Positions 37,701 to 46,195 of a stretch of 64,000 bases of DNA are shown piece by piece. The stretch is taken from assembly GCA_041664925.1 (NCBI GenBank), contig JBAYJV010000001.1:213438-277437 (forward strand). Reading direction: 5' to 3'. This DNA comes from Minisyncoccota bacterium (GTDB lineage: Bacteria; Patescibacteriota; Minisyncoccia; JBAYJV01). The notes below the pieces were generated by a model, which was not told the origin of the DNA, made no database searches, and was given only the letters and a program-made list of their open reading frames with translations. Each line of letters opens with the position of its first letter. Within the stretch, counting starts at the first letter, position 1. The translations under genes and the position numbers were made by a program.

Positions 37701-40163
37701 TTAGAGCACGCTCGGTTGGAGATGATGATAGGGAGGGTGATTTTTATATCTTTTTATCGCCATCCTGATAATCTCTTCCAAAAAATCTCCATAATCCAAC
37801 CCAATTACTTTTGCTGAATTAGGCACAGAGTCGCCAATATTAATCGAAGGGTTGGGATTTAATTCCAAAACATAGGGGTTATTATTTTTATCTACTCTCA
37901 ATTCGACTCGTCCATAATCATGACAATCTAAAATATTGTAGGTATCAAGAGCAATTTCAGTAATAAGTTTTGAAAGTTTCTTGCTAATATTTTTTGGTGG
38001 TCGTTGAATAGTGATTCCTTTGTCATAAGCATCATCTTCTTCCCATTTCGCTTCAAAAGGATAAATGTGCCAATATCCAGGAGGCATTTTATCAAACATA
38101 GACCTTGTTAGTGGCAAGACTCTTAGATCATCTTCTTCACTTCCTAAAATTGAAACATCATACTCATCTCCATCAATATATTCTTCTATAATCGCTGGTC
38201 GGCCAATTTCCATAATAATTTTTTCAAGTTGTTTTTCTAGTCTTTTTTTATTAGTTACCACCGAATCATTGGTAATGCCGATAGAATTGTCTGTGTTAGC
38301 TGGTTTTACTATCAATGGATACCTTAGATCCTCTCTGATATCGTCCTCTAAACTATAAATATAATCCCATTTCGGTGTCGGCATATTGTGGAATGCCAGC
38401 AACTTTTTAACCCTAATCTTGTCAATGCATAATCCAAGAGTAAATGAACTTGATCCCGTATAAGGAATTTGAAGCGCGTCTAAAATTGCCGCGGCATGGG
38501 GTTCAAGCAGACTTGATTCATTGATTCTTTCGCAGACATTAAAGATAAGATCGACATCGCTCTTTCTTAAATCTTCGAGTACGCGCGAAAGATTATTAAA
38601 ATCAAAGAAAGTCACTCGATATCCCCGTTCTATCAGGGTTTTTTCAATATTCTTTCCAACTGACATTAAATCTTTCTCAACTGCCCCAGCATTTTCATCA
38701 TAAAAATTACATGCAATACCAATATGGAGATTTCTCTGATTTTTTATCGACATTCTTCTAATCTTTTCAATTTTTCCGCTCCTAATAAGAATGTCTTGAT
38801 TGATAGCTGAAGGTGAAAAATGATTTTTACGCAATGTTTTTCCAATCGATGAAGCCGATTGAAAACGAGCCACTTCATAATTAACGCAATCCAAGGCCTC
38901 TTTTAGATTGTCTTGAGCATCTAAAGGATTATCGCCAGAAACCACAATCCATCCCAAATATTCGTACCCTTCAGGTGGCACCAAGACGGGATCGCCAATT
39001 TTTTTAAAAAATTCGATTTCTTCTACAAATGGTTTCTTCTTTATTTTCTCATCTATGTCAAATTGAACAATAATGCCAGAGTAATTGCTTAAAAAATCAT
39101 GTGACGCTAAATACATGTAAGGATTTTCTGGCTTATTGATTTTCGGAAAATATATTCCTAGGGCAATTTTGGCAGCTCCTTCGATAAAATCAATACGCCA
39201 AGCTTTTTTTATACTGTCGTAAATTTCATCTCCTCCCATTCTTAAATTAACCTCGATTGGCACAGGACCTTCTTTTGTTGATTTAGCTTCAAGATGAATA
39301 CAGCCATCTTGTATTCCCAGTTTTTCCAAAATTTCATCGGCCATAACTATAAGAGCCTCTTTATTTTTTTCTGGCAAACCCGATGGCGTTAAACGTCCCG
39401 TTTCGACAAAAAATGGTTCATTGGTTTTATTATTATCAGAAATAGAATGAAACTTAACTCTGCCATTTTGAATTAAAATATCGATATCAACCTCATCCCC
39501 GTCAATGTATTCTTCTATCATTATGTCTGTTCCGTCATTAAGCGCAGATTCCACCTCAGTATTAATGCTTTTTTTAATATATTGATAAGTTGATGTTAAT
39601 TCTTCTTCATTGTCGACTCTTACAACAAAGGCGCTGCTTGCTCCAAATGTTGGTTTAATCACTAAGGGAAATCCTAATTCCTTTGAAATTTTCTTTAAAT
39701 CCTCTGCTGATTTGACCATAATATGCCTTGGTGTCGGTAGGTTATTTTCTTGACAAAATTCACGAAACAGATATTTATTTCTAACCCTCTTTGAAATATT
39801 AAGAGGGATGCCTATAAAATTAAATTTATCTGTTATTTTTGAAGTCAAAAGAACATCGTCTTCCCAAAAAGTAATTGCTCCGTCAATTTTTATATTGGGA
39901 TTATTTGCCATAAAATCTTTTATGGCTTGGATTGATTCTGTATGATTGGTGTTATCTGCCAAAATCCAGTGATCAACATAAGGTTGCGCCCAGTTTTTTT
40001 CTTTATTGAGCACCACTATTTGAAGTCCCATTTTCTTAAGCTTCTGAATTACAAAACGCTTCTTAATAGAACCAGTATTTACCAAAAGAATTGTTTTTCC
40101 TAAAAGAGAATTTACGCCATTGTTTGGATTTAAAATTTTATCGTTATGATGACTATCTTTCAT
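37701..40163 (-). CDS. Double ATP-grasp protein: L-amino-acid-ligase-like domain fused to a D-Ala-D-Ala-ligase-like domain
   Basis: Domain 1: KP..GASS, EEYIDG, HLE, EVNLRMGG. Domain 2: PYTGS, DK, IVKP....SIGI, YGRV, LELNPNP. Confidence 0.88.
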   Translation of the reverse strand: MKDSHHNDKILNPNNGVNSLLGKTILLVNTGSIKKRFVIQKLKKMGLQIVVLNKEKNWAQPYVDHWILADNTNHTESIQAIKDFMANNPNIKIDGAITFWEDDVLLTSKITDKFNFIGIPLNISKRVRNKYLFREFCQENNLPTPRHIMVKSAEDLKKISKELGFPLVIKPTFGASSAFVVRVDNEEELTSTYQYIKKSINTEVESALNDGTDIMIEEYIDGDEVDIDILIQNGRVKFHSISDNNKTNEPFFVETGRLTPSGLPEKNKEALIVMADEILEKLGIQDGCIHLEAKSTKEGPVPIEVNLRMGGDEIYDSIKKAWRIDFIEGAAKIALGIYFPKINKPENPYMYLASHDFLSNYSGIIVQFDIDEKIKKKPFVEEIEFFKKIGDPVLVPPEGYEYLGWIVVSGDNPLDAQDNLKEALDCVNYEVARFQSASSIGKTLRKNHFSPSAINQDILIRSGKIEKIRRMSIKNQRNLHIGIACNFYDENAGAVEKDLMSVGKNIEKTLIERGYRVTFFDFNNLSRVLEDLRKSDVDLIFNVCERINESSLLEPHAAAILDALQIPYTGSSSFTLGLCIDKIRVKKLLAFHNMPTPKWDYIYSLEDDIREDLRYPLIVKPANTDNSIGITNDSVVTNKKRLEKQLEKIIMEIGRPAIIEEYIDGDEYDVSILGSEEDDLRVLPLTRSMFDKMPPGYWHIYPFEAKWEEDDAYDKGITIQRPPKNISKKLSKLITEIALDTYNILDCHDYGRVELRVDKNNNPYVLELNPNPSINIGDSVPNSAKVIGLDYGDFLEEIIRMAIKRYKNHPPYHHLQPSVL

Positions 40164-40400
40164 AGTGATATTTTGAATAAAAAAAGACCCGCTTTCTTTT
40201 TTGTTCTAAAGAATGATTGCGAGTTTAATTGAACCAAGGTCTTGCCAGGAGGCTCGTCTCCTTCGTCAACGCTAGTCGATAATGAATCAGAAATTGGTTT
40301 CTTAAATAAATTTTTCATTCGTTATTTTTTAATTCCTATAAAGATAATATCTCCTTCGTCGATTTTATTCCTATCAGAATAATAATCCCTTTCCTCTCAT
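40160..40400 (-). promoter_or_regulatory. Putative attenuator/riboswitch leader with a 52-aa uORF (40160..40318) and terminator
   Basis: GACGAAGGAGA twice, each after a hairpin; terminator CTCGC..GCGGGTCTTTTTTT at 40179-40224; uORF stop overlaps the ATG (ATGA). Confidence 0.55.
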
Positions 40401-40541
40401 TGTCAATATGTGAATAATTTCTCTTTTATTGGCCAAAAACGGTTGATTTGTATAGCTATCAAGTGCTTCAGAAATTCTCTTGCTAAGCTGTTTTTATATG
40501 ATAACCTGAAATTAGAATAGTACTTTTTAAAAGGAGGAAAT

Positions 40542-40874
40542 ATGTGCGATAGAACTTTGGCCGATGTTCTTGTTTTTGACATCGGAATAATGGGACGGCA
40601 ATCACCTAACGGATCTGTTGAATTTTGCAATGCTTTCGTAAGAAAACATCTTGGGGGAATTACTGGAGAGATTCCCAAAATAGCTTGTCCTATATGCAAA
40701 CAAGGTGTCTTAATTGAAACTGAAAGAGGTGATGTTTTTTCTGAACCAACTCACCTTGGAGAAGGTATTTCTCAAGAAAAAGCATCAATTCCTATCGGAA
40801 GAAGTATTCGCCTCAGGTGTTCCGAATGTCAAAAAGTTTTCTCAGGAAAACGCATTTTCCTCACGGTCGCTTAG
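40542..40874 (+). CDS. Hypothetical zinc-ribbon protein (cassette)
   Basis: CPIC...CSEC; AAGGAGG SD; terminator CCCCGGCAAGCCGGGG-TTTT. Confidence 0.72.
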   Translation: MCDRTLADVLVFDIGIMGRQSPNGSVEFCNAFVRKHLGGITGEIPKIACPICKQGVLIETERGDVFSEPTHLGEGISQEKASIPIGRSIRLRCSECQKVFSGKRIFLTVA

Positions 40875-40956
40875 ATAGCAAACCCCGGCAAGCCGGGGTT
40901 TTTCTTGACAATGCTAAAAACAATGATAGAATGAAAATGACCTAAAGGAGGTCACA

Positions 40957-41562
40957 TTGAACAAGAGAATGAATAGTTTCGGAGTTTTGATCGTTGCGGT
41001 GTTGGTTTTCGTTTCTTTACTTTCCGGAGTAGCGTTGGGAGCAGATCAAGGTATTGTTCTTTTATATAACACTCCCAGGACTGTGATGATTCCTTATCGA
41101 GTTGATGGTGTCGATATTCGATATTCGCTCGATGACAATATTGGAGTAAAACTGCAAGTGTATTTTCAGATTCCCTTTGGATCAGAAATCTATCTGGCAA
41201 AAAAATATGTTCCAGACTATTTCTTGGGAATGAATTATCAAGTAGAATTACCTCAACTTCCTAGTAATAAAAAATTTATAGGAGCGCCTTGTTCAAAATT
41301 GGTCTTTGGAATTCAAACCTATACATGGTGCGATTCGTCAGGCTCTTGGTTTCAATTACTTTCGTCGCTTCCTCCTATGCTTAGTGAACCATCAAAGGAC
41401 ATTCCTCACGCACCCATTAGTATTGATGGCAGCACCAATAAGCTCGTCTTCATTAATGTTCCCGATGGTCGCTGGTTGATGATTACTCTGCCCACCGGAG
41501 AAAGCCGCGAAGGCTATTGTAAGGCTTATTTATACAAACCAGTTCTTCCTATAAATCCTTAG
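40957..41562 (+). CDS. Hypothetical secreted protein (cassette)
   Basis: Signal-peptide-like N-terminus; AAGGAGG before TTG; own promoter and terminator. Confidence 0.72.
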   Translation: MNKRMNSFGVLIVAVLVFVSLLSGVALGADQGIVLLYNTPRTVMIPYRVDGVDIRYSLDDNIGVKLQVYFQIPFGSEIYLAKKYVPDYFLGMNYQVELPQLPSNKKFIGAPCSKLVFGIQTYTWCDSSGSWFQLLSSLPPMLSEPSKDIPHAPISIDGSTNKLVFINVPDGRWLMITLPTGESREGYCKAYLYKPVLPINP

Positions 41563-41657
41563 AGAAATCCAAGCCCCGGCAAGATGTCGGGGTTTTTTTT
41601 GACAATACACAACTAAAGATATAAGATATTTATAGTTCCATATAGCCAAGGAGGAAA

Positions 41658-42074
41658 ATGGCCATAAACGAAAAACAGTGGCAAAAAGAGACAAGGAAGT
41701 TTCATAGAGATGCCTTGAAAGTTATTGATTCGGCTCGAGACAAAGTTATTGTTTATAATCCCGGTCTTGTTAGCGATGTCTTTCAAGACGGACAGATCGC
41801 AGAAGCGATAAAAAGAGCTAAGGCTAGAGATATCAAAATCACCATTCTCGTTCAGAGAAGTAATTCTGCAAATATTGAAGCATTCTTGGCACAATTTGGT
41901 GAAGATGTAGTTTTCGTAGAAGAAGATTTGGATAGGCATGCCTATGTGATATCCGATATTGGATATGTCAAATTCTTAAAAAGAGCCACATGTGTTGAAT
42001 CAATCTACATTCAAGAAGGCGATGTTGGTTCTATTATCAAAACCATTACTGAAGAACTTAGAAGAGCTAACTAA
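41658..42074 (+). CDS. Hypothetical protein, possibly degenerate PLD-like fold (cassette)
   Basis: VIDSA, A..R.IKITIL and RHAYVISD pattern; AAGGAGG SD. Confidence 0.65.
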   Translation: MAINEKQWQKETRKFHRDALKVIDSARDKVIVYNPGLVSDVFQDGQIAEAIKRAKARDIKITILVQRSNSANIEAFLAQFGEDVVFVEEDLDRHAYVISDIGYVKFLKRATCVESIYIQEGDVGSIIKTITEELRRAN

Positions 42075-42129
42075 AGTAGATAGAATACAAACCCCGACAG
42101 ATATGTCGGGGTCTTTTTTTTATTATAAA

Positions 42130-42370
42130 ACAAAAAATCGCCCCCATTAGCCTGAGGCGAAGAAGACCGAAAGACAGAGCTTTCGGCGAAACATTCCCCG
42201 AGGAGTAATCCAGCCTTACCTAGGAGTAGATAAAACCACATTATCCGTATTCTAAGGAAATGCCCCACCCCGACAAAAATCGGGGGTTCTCGCGCCTACA
42301 GACTAATAAGGGCGAAACGAAAAAACCTGAACCCTCCATAAGTTCATTATATTCGCTCCTATTCAGTTTA
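42130..42370 (-). ncRNA. Unassigned structured ncRNA (about 180-nt multibranch core at 42136-42318)
   Basis: Closing stem CGCCCTTATTAGTCTG/CAGGCTAATGGGGGCG with G-U pairs on the minus strand, three inner stems, U-tail; promoter TTGACT..TGcTATACT at 42378-42405. Confidence 0.65.
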
Positions 42371-42532
42371 TATACCTAGTATAGCAGAAAAAAGAAAAAA
42401 GTCAATAGTTTCGACCTCAGCATGAGTAGTTTTGAGTTATTTAGAGAAAATTTGACATCTATTTTATAATGCTTTATGATATTGATAGTACACAAATTTC
42501 GCCTTTTTAAAGGAGAGAAAAAGGAGAGAAAC

Positions 42533-42808
42533 ATGGACGATATCCAAAAAAGAGACGTTAGGACAATATTAGATGCATCTACTGAGGATGCGAAGTATTT
42601 CTATGAAAACCTCGAATCATTAAGGCAGCAATATCCTGACAAGTATGTGGCTATTCACGACGGAGAAGTTATCGCCTCAGGCAAGAATTATTCGAAACTA
42701 TTACAAAGATTGCGTACTCAATATGGACAAAGGGCTGTCTCGTCTTTCTTTATAAACTTCGTAGATCTTCACCCTGTTTCGTGGATTCTTTCTGCAATGT
42801 CTGCTTAG
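42533..42808 (+). CDS. DUF5678-like small protein
   Basis: L.QQYPDKYVAI.DGEVIASGK; AAGGAG SD; TTGACA..TATAAT upstream. Confidence 0.75.
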   Translation: MDDIQKRDVRTILDASTEDAKYFYENLESLRQQYPDKYVAIHDGEVIASGKNYSKLLQRLRTQYGQRAVSSFFINFVDLHPVSWILSAMSA

Positions 42809-42989
42809 TCCTCTGTTTAGGGAATGTCAAAAAAACATTCCCTCTTTTTTTAATATATGAAAAATTATCTAGAGAATATGGATAAAATATGCTTGAAAAT
42901 GCTGAATGCTTTTGACTTTACCGATTTTTTTGGTAAAATTCATTTATTATAAACTTTAAATTTTTAATTTTAAACTTTTAACTTGAAAC

Positions 42990-43700
42990 ATGTCTGGTCA
43001 TTCAAAATGGGCAACAATTAAACATAAAAAAGCCTTGCTCGACCAAAAACGAGGCAAAGTTTTTTCTCAGTTGGTTCGACAGATTCAAATCGCTGCTAGA
43101 GATAATCCCGACCCATCTACTAATCCAAGTTTGAGAGTTTTGGTTGATAAAGCCAAGGCTTCTAATATGCCAAATGACAATATTGAGCGCGCTATTAAAA
43201 AGGGTAGCGGTCAAGAAGATGGTTCTGTTATTGAAGAGTTAACTCTCGAAGCATATGGTCCTGTTGGTAGCGCTTTTTTAATTGAAGCGATTACTGATAA
43301 CCACAATCGAACTGTCGCAGAAATGAAACATCTTGTAGAAAGAAATGGCGGCCATATGGCTGAAAAAGGTTCTGTCGCCTGGCTTTTTGAGAAAAAAACT
43401 ATTTTCAAAATCTCTCTTTCTGATTGGAATGAAGATTTAGAACTTGCCTTGATTGATGCCAGTCTTGAAGACAGTCAAAAAACAGACGATGGCGTTTTGC
43501 TTTTATTTAATCCTCAGTTCGAATCTCAGGCAAGGCAAATTTTCAAAGATAAAGGAGTAACTTTAATATCAGAAGAGCTTGATTGGCAGGCGAAAAATCC
43601 TATCGAACTTTCTGGAGGAGATTTAGAAAAAGTTGAAAATTTCAACGACCTCATTGACGAAAATGATGATACTAAGGCAGTATATAATAATTTAGGTTGA
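42990..43700 (+). CDS. yebC: YebC/PmpR-family protein
   Basis: MSGHSKWATIKHKK, MPNDNIERAIK, EAYGP and TDN.NRT motifs. Confidence 0.96.
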   Translation: MSGHSKWATIKHKKALLDQKRGKVFSQLVRQIQIAARDNPDPSTNPSLRVLVDKAKASNMPNDNIERAIKKGSGQEDGSVIEELTLEAYGPVGSAFLIEAITDNHNRTVAEMKHLVERNGGHMAEKGSVAWLFEKKTIFKISLSDWNEDLELALIDASLEDSQKTDDGVLLLFNPQFESQARQIFKDKGVTLISEELDWQAKNPIELSGGDLEKVENFNDLIDENDDTKAVYNNLG

Positions 43701-43718
43701 TTAATTAGATTCAAAAAT

Positions 43719-44198
43719 ATGAAAATTCTTGGCATCGATCCTGGTACTGCTAGAACTGGTTATGGTTCGATTCGTTCTGTAGGTAAAAAGATGACTTGTC
43801 TCGATTATGGTTGTATCGAAACTTCTCAGGAGGAAAGCGATGCCAAGCGATTAACTAGAACATATCATGCTGTCAAGAAAATTCTTGATAAGGAAAAACC
43901 TGACCTTGTCATAGTTGAGCGCCTTTTCTTTTTTAAGAACATGAAAACCGTTATGACTGTTTCTCAATCCAGGGGTGTAATTTTGATGGCTTGTGAACAA
44001 AAAAAAGTTCCTATCATTGAATATACCCCTCTTCAAATTAAACAAAGTCTTTCTGGTTATGGCAGAGCTCAAAAGAAGGAAGTTCAAGAATGCGTTAAAA
44101 AACATCTTGGACTTGAGGACATCCCTCGTCCCGATGACGCTGCCGACGCTTTAGCGGGAGCAATTTGTCATCATCTGCGCAAAAACGAAAAAAAATGA
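43719..44198 (+). CDS. ruvC: Holliday junction resolvase RuvC
   Basis: ILGIDPG, E.LFF, GYG.A.K and DDAADALA motifs. Confidence 0.97.
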   Translation: MKILGIDPGTARTGYGSIRSVGKKMTCLDYGCIETSQEESDAKRLTRTYHAVKKILDKEKPDLVIVERLFFFKNMKTVMTVSQSRGVILMACEQKKVPIIEYTPLQIKQSLSGYGRAQKKEVQECVKKHLGLEDIPRPDDAADALAGAICHHLRKNEKK

Positions 44199-44225
44199 TA
44201 AAAAATAAAATAAATCTATTAAATT

Positions 44226-44882
44226 TTGACCATGACTACTATTCTTTCCTATATAGTTAATCAAGGTGTCTCCGAACAAGTTTTGTCATATATCTTGTTG
44301 GCACCGCTCGTAGCGACCTTGATTGTTTTTTTAAGGCAGGTAATCGGATTAAAAAGCTTAGGCGTCTATCATCCTCTTCTTTTGGCTTTTGCCTTCGCTA
44401 GCGCTGGATTAAAAGAAGGGCTGTTTTTTTTCCTGTTAATTGTCCTTCTTGCTAATGCTATAACATATGTAGTTAAAAAGTTTCCCCTTCTTTACCTTCC
44501 GAGACTGACAATCGTTGTGACAGTCACCACTCTAGCTTTAATTTTAGTTATATCAATTATTCGTCTTTCGGATTACAGTTTAGCGCTAAGTGGTTACTTT
44601 CCTATTATCATCATCCTTGCACTAAGCGATAAGTTAGTCACCGCTCAAATGAAAAGAAATATAAAACCCGCATTGATTTTAACTGGCAGCACCCTTGCAG
44701 TAGCTCTTTTGGGATATTTTATTCTTAATATTGTTTGGTTACAAAACATTGTTTTAAATTATCCTTTAATTTTTCTTCTGGTTATAGTCGTGATAAATAT
44801 TTTTCTCGGACGTTTTCATGGTCTTCGTTTAAATGAGCTCTGGCGTTTTCGTCATCTCTTAAAATTACCTCCAAAGAATTAA
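44226..44882 (+). CDS. 7TM domain protein of the inactive-transglutaminase type
   Basis: RQVIG...G...P, LPR and GLRLNELWRF; precedes an ATP-grasp gene. Confidence 0.8.
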   Translation: MTMTTILSYIVNQGVSEQVLSYILLAPLVATLIVFLRQVIGLKSLGVYHPLLLAFAFASAGLKEGLFFFLLIVLLANAITYVVKKFPLLYLPRLTIVVTVTTLALILVISIIRLSDYSLALSGYFPIIIILALSDKLVTAQMKRNIKPALILTGSTLAVALLGYFILNIVWLQNIVLNYPLIFLLVIVVINIFLGRFHGLRLNELWRFRHLLKLPPKN

Positions 44883-46180
44883 TGTTCAATACCCTTAAAA
44901 ACTATCACGGCATTTTGGGACTTAATGCTCGAAACTTAGACTATGTTATCAAAAAACATGGTCAACGTCTTGATGTTGCCAATAATAAATTGTTGACAAA
45001 AAAAATTCTTCAAGGCGCTGGTTTGCCGATGCCAGAAACATATTTTGTTATTCGCAATAAAAAAGATTTTAATAAATTTAATTGGGACCTACCTAAATCG
45101 TTCGTTATCAAACCAAGTCGCAGCTTAGGCGGCGAAGGCGTGTTGATTGTCTATGGCAAGAAAAAAAATATTCCTACATGGATTAAAGCAGGACAACGAT
45201 TAATAGACTTAGAAGAAATCAAACACCATATTTATAATATTCTTGAAGGTAATTTCAGCCCTAAGGAAAAAGAAGATAGGGCTATTTTTGAAGAACGCGT
45301 TAAGTTACATCCCGCTTTTAAACCGTATACATTTAAAGGAGGCATTCCTGACGTTAGAGTTATTGTCTATCAAAAGATTCCTATAATGGCTCAACTGAGA
45401 TTGCCCACAGAAGAATCAGAAGGACGAAGCAATTTACATCTTGGAGGTATTGGAGTAGGCATTGATCTAAAAACTGGCATTACTACAACCTCTATCCTCC
45501 ATGATCATTTTATAGATAAAATTCCGGGCACAAGACACATTTTGTCTGGCATTCAAATTCCTTATTGGAAAGATGTTTTGAGAATTGCCGCTCTTGCTCA
45601 AAAACATGCTGGCATCGACCTTCTTGGTATTGATATCGCCATAGATAGAGAAAAAGGTCCGATGATTTTTGAAATAAATTCAAGGCCAGGCATTGCCATT
45701 CAAATGGCAAATCAATCTCCGTTAAGAGAAAGATTGGAAAGAATTGAAGGACTTAAGATCAAGTCAGCCAATCGGGGAACAAAAATTGCTCAAGAACTTT
45801 TTGGCGGAGAAGTTGAGGAAGAACTTGAAGAGATTAGTGGACGAAAAGTTATTGGTTTGTTTGAATTTATCGATATTATTGGTCCAAATAATAAAAAACT
45901 CAGACTGACTGCCAAGATTGATACTGGCGCCTATCGAACTTCTGTCGACAAAGATGTAATAGATAAACTTGGCTTGAAGGAAAGTAAAAAAAAGATTAAA
46001 TTTGTTTCATCTCTCGGAGGAGAGGAAAGATCCCTTGTTGATTTGGCTTTTTCTCTTGCGGGGCAAAGCATAGAAACAGAAGCTTCAATTGCTAATCGAT
46101 CAAATTTAAAATATAGCATAATTATTGGCAGACGCGATTTAAATCTTTTTCTGATTGACCCATTAAAGAAGATTAGTTAA
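44882..46180 (+). CDS. Alpha-L-glutamate-ligase-like ATP-grasp fused to a RimK-associated aspartic-protease domain
   Basis: LGLNARN, KP..GGEG, PDVR, LRLPT..S.G..NLH.G, EINSRPG..IQ.AN; C-terminal AKIDTGA..IIGR. Confidence 0.85.
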   Translation: MFNTLKNYHGILGLNARNLDYVIKKHGQRLDVANNKLLTKKILQGAGLPMPETYFVIRNKKDFNKFNWDLPKSFVIKPSRSLGGEGVLIVYGKKKNIPTWIKAGQRLIDLEEIKHHIYNILEGNFSPKEKEDRAIFEERVKLHPAFKPYTFKGGIPDVRVIVYQKIPIMAQLRLPTEESEGRSNLHLGGIGVGIDLKTGITTTSILHDHFIDKIPGTRHILSGIQIPYWKDVLRIAALAQKHAGIDLLGIDIAIDREKGPMIFEINSRPGIAIQMANQSPLRERLERIEGLKIKSANRGTKIAQELFGGEVEEELEEISGRKVIGLFEFIDIIGPNNKKLRLTAKIDTGAYRTSVDKDVIDKLGLKESKKKIKFVSSLGGEERSLVDLAFSLAGQSIETEASIANRSNLKYSIIIGRRDLNLFLIDPLKKIS

Positions 46181-46195
46181 TAAATTATTCATAAC

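Noticed and set aside
42130-42370. RNase P RNA or SRP RNA
   Set aside because: No GAGGAAAGUCC/P4 signature and no SRP helix-8 GGAA/AGCAG motif
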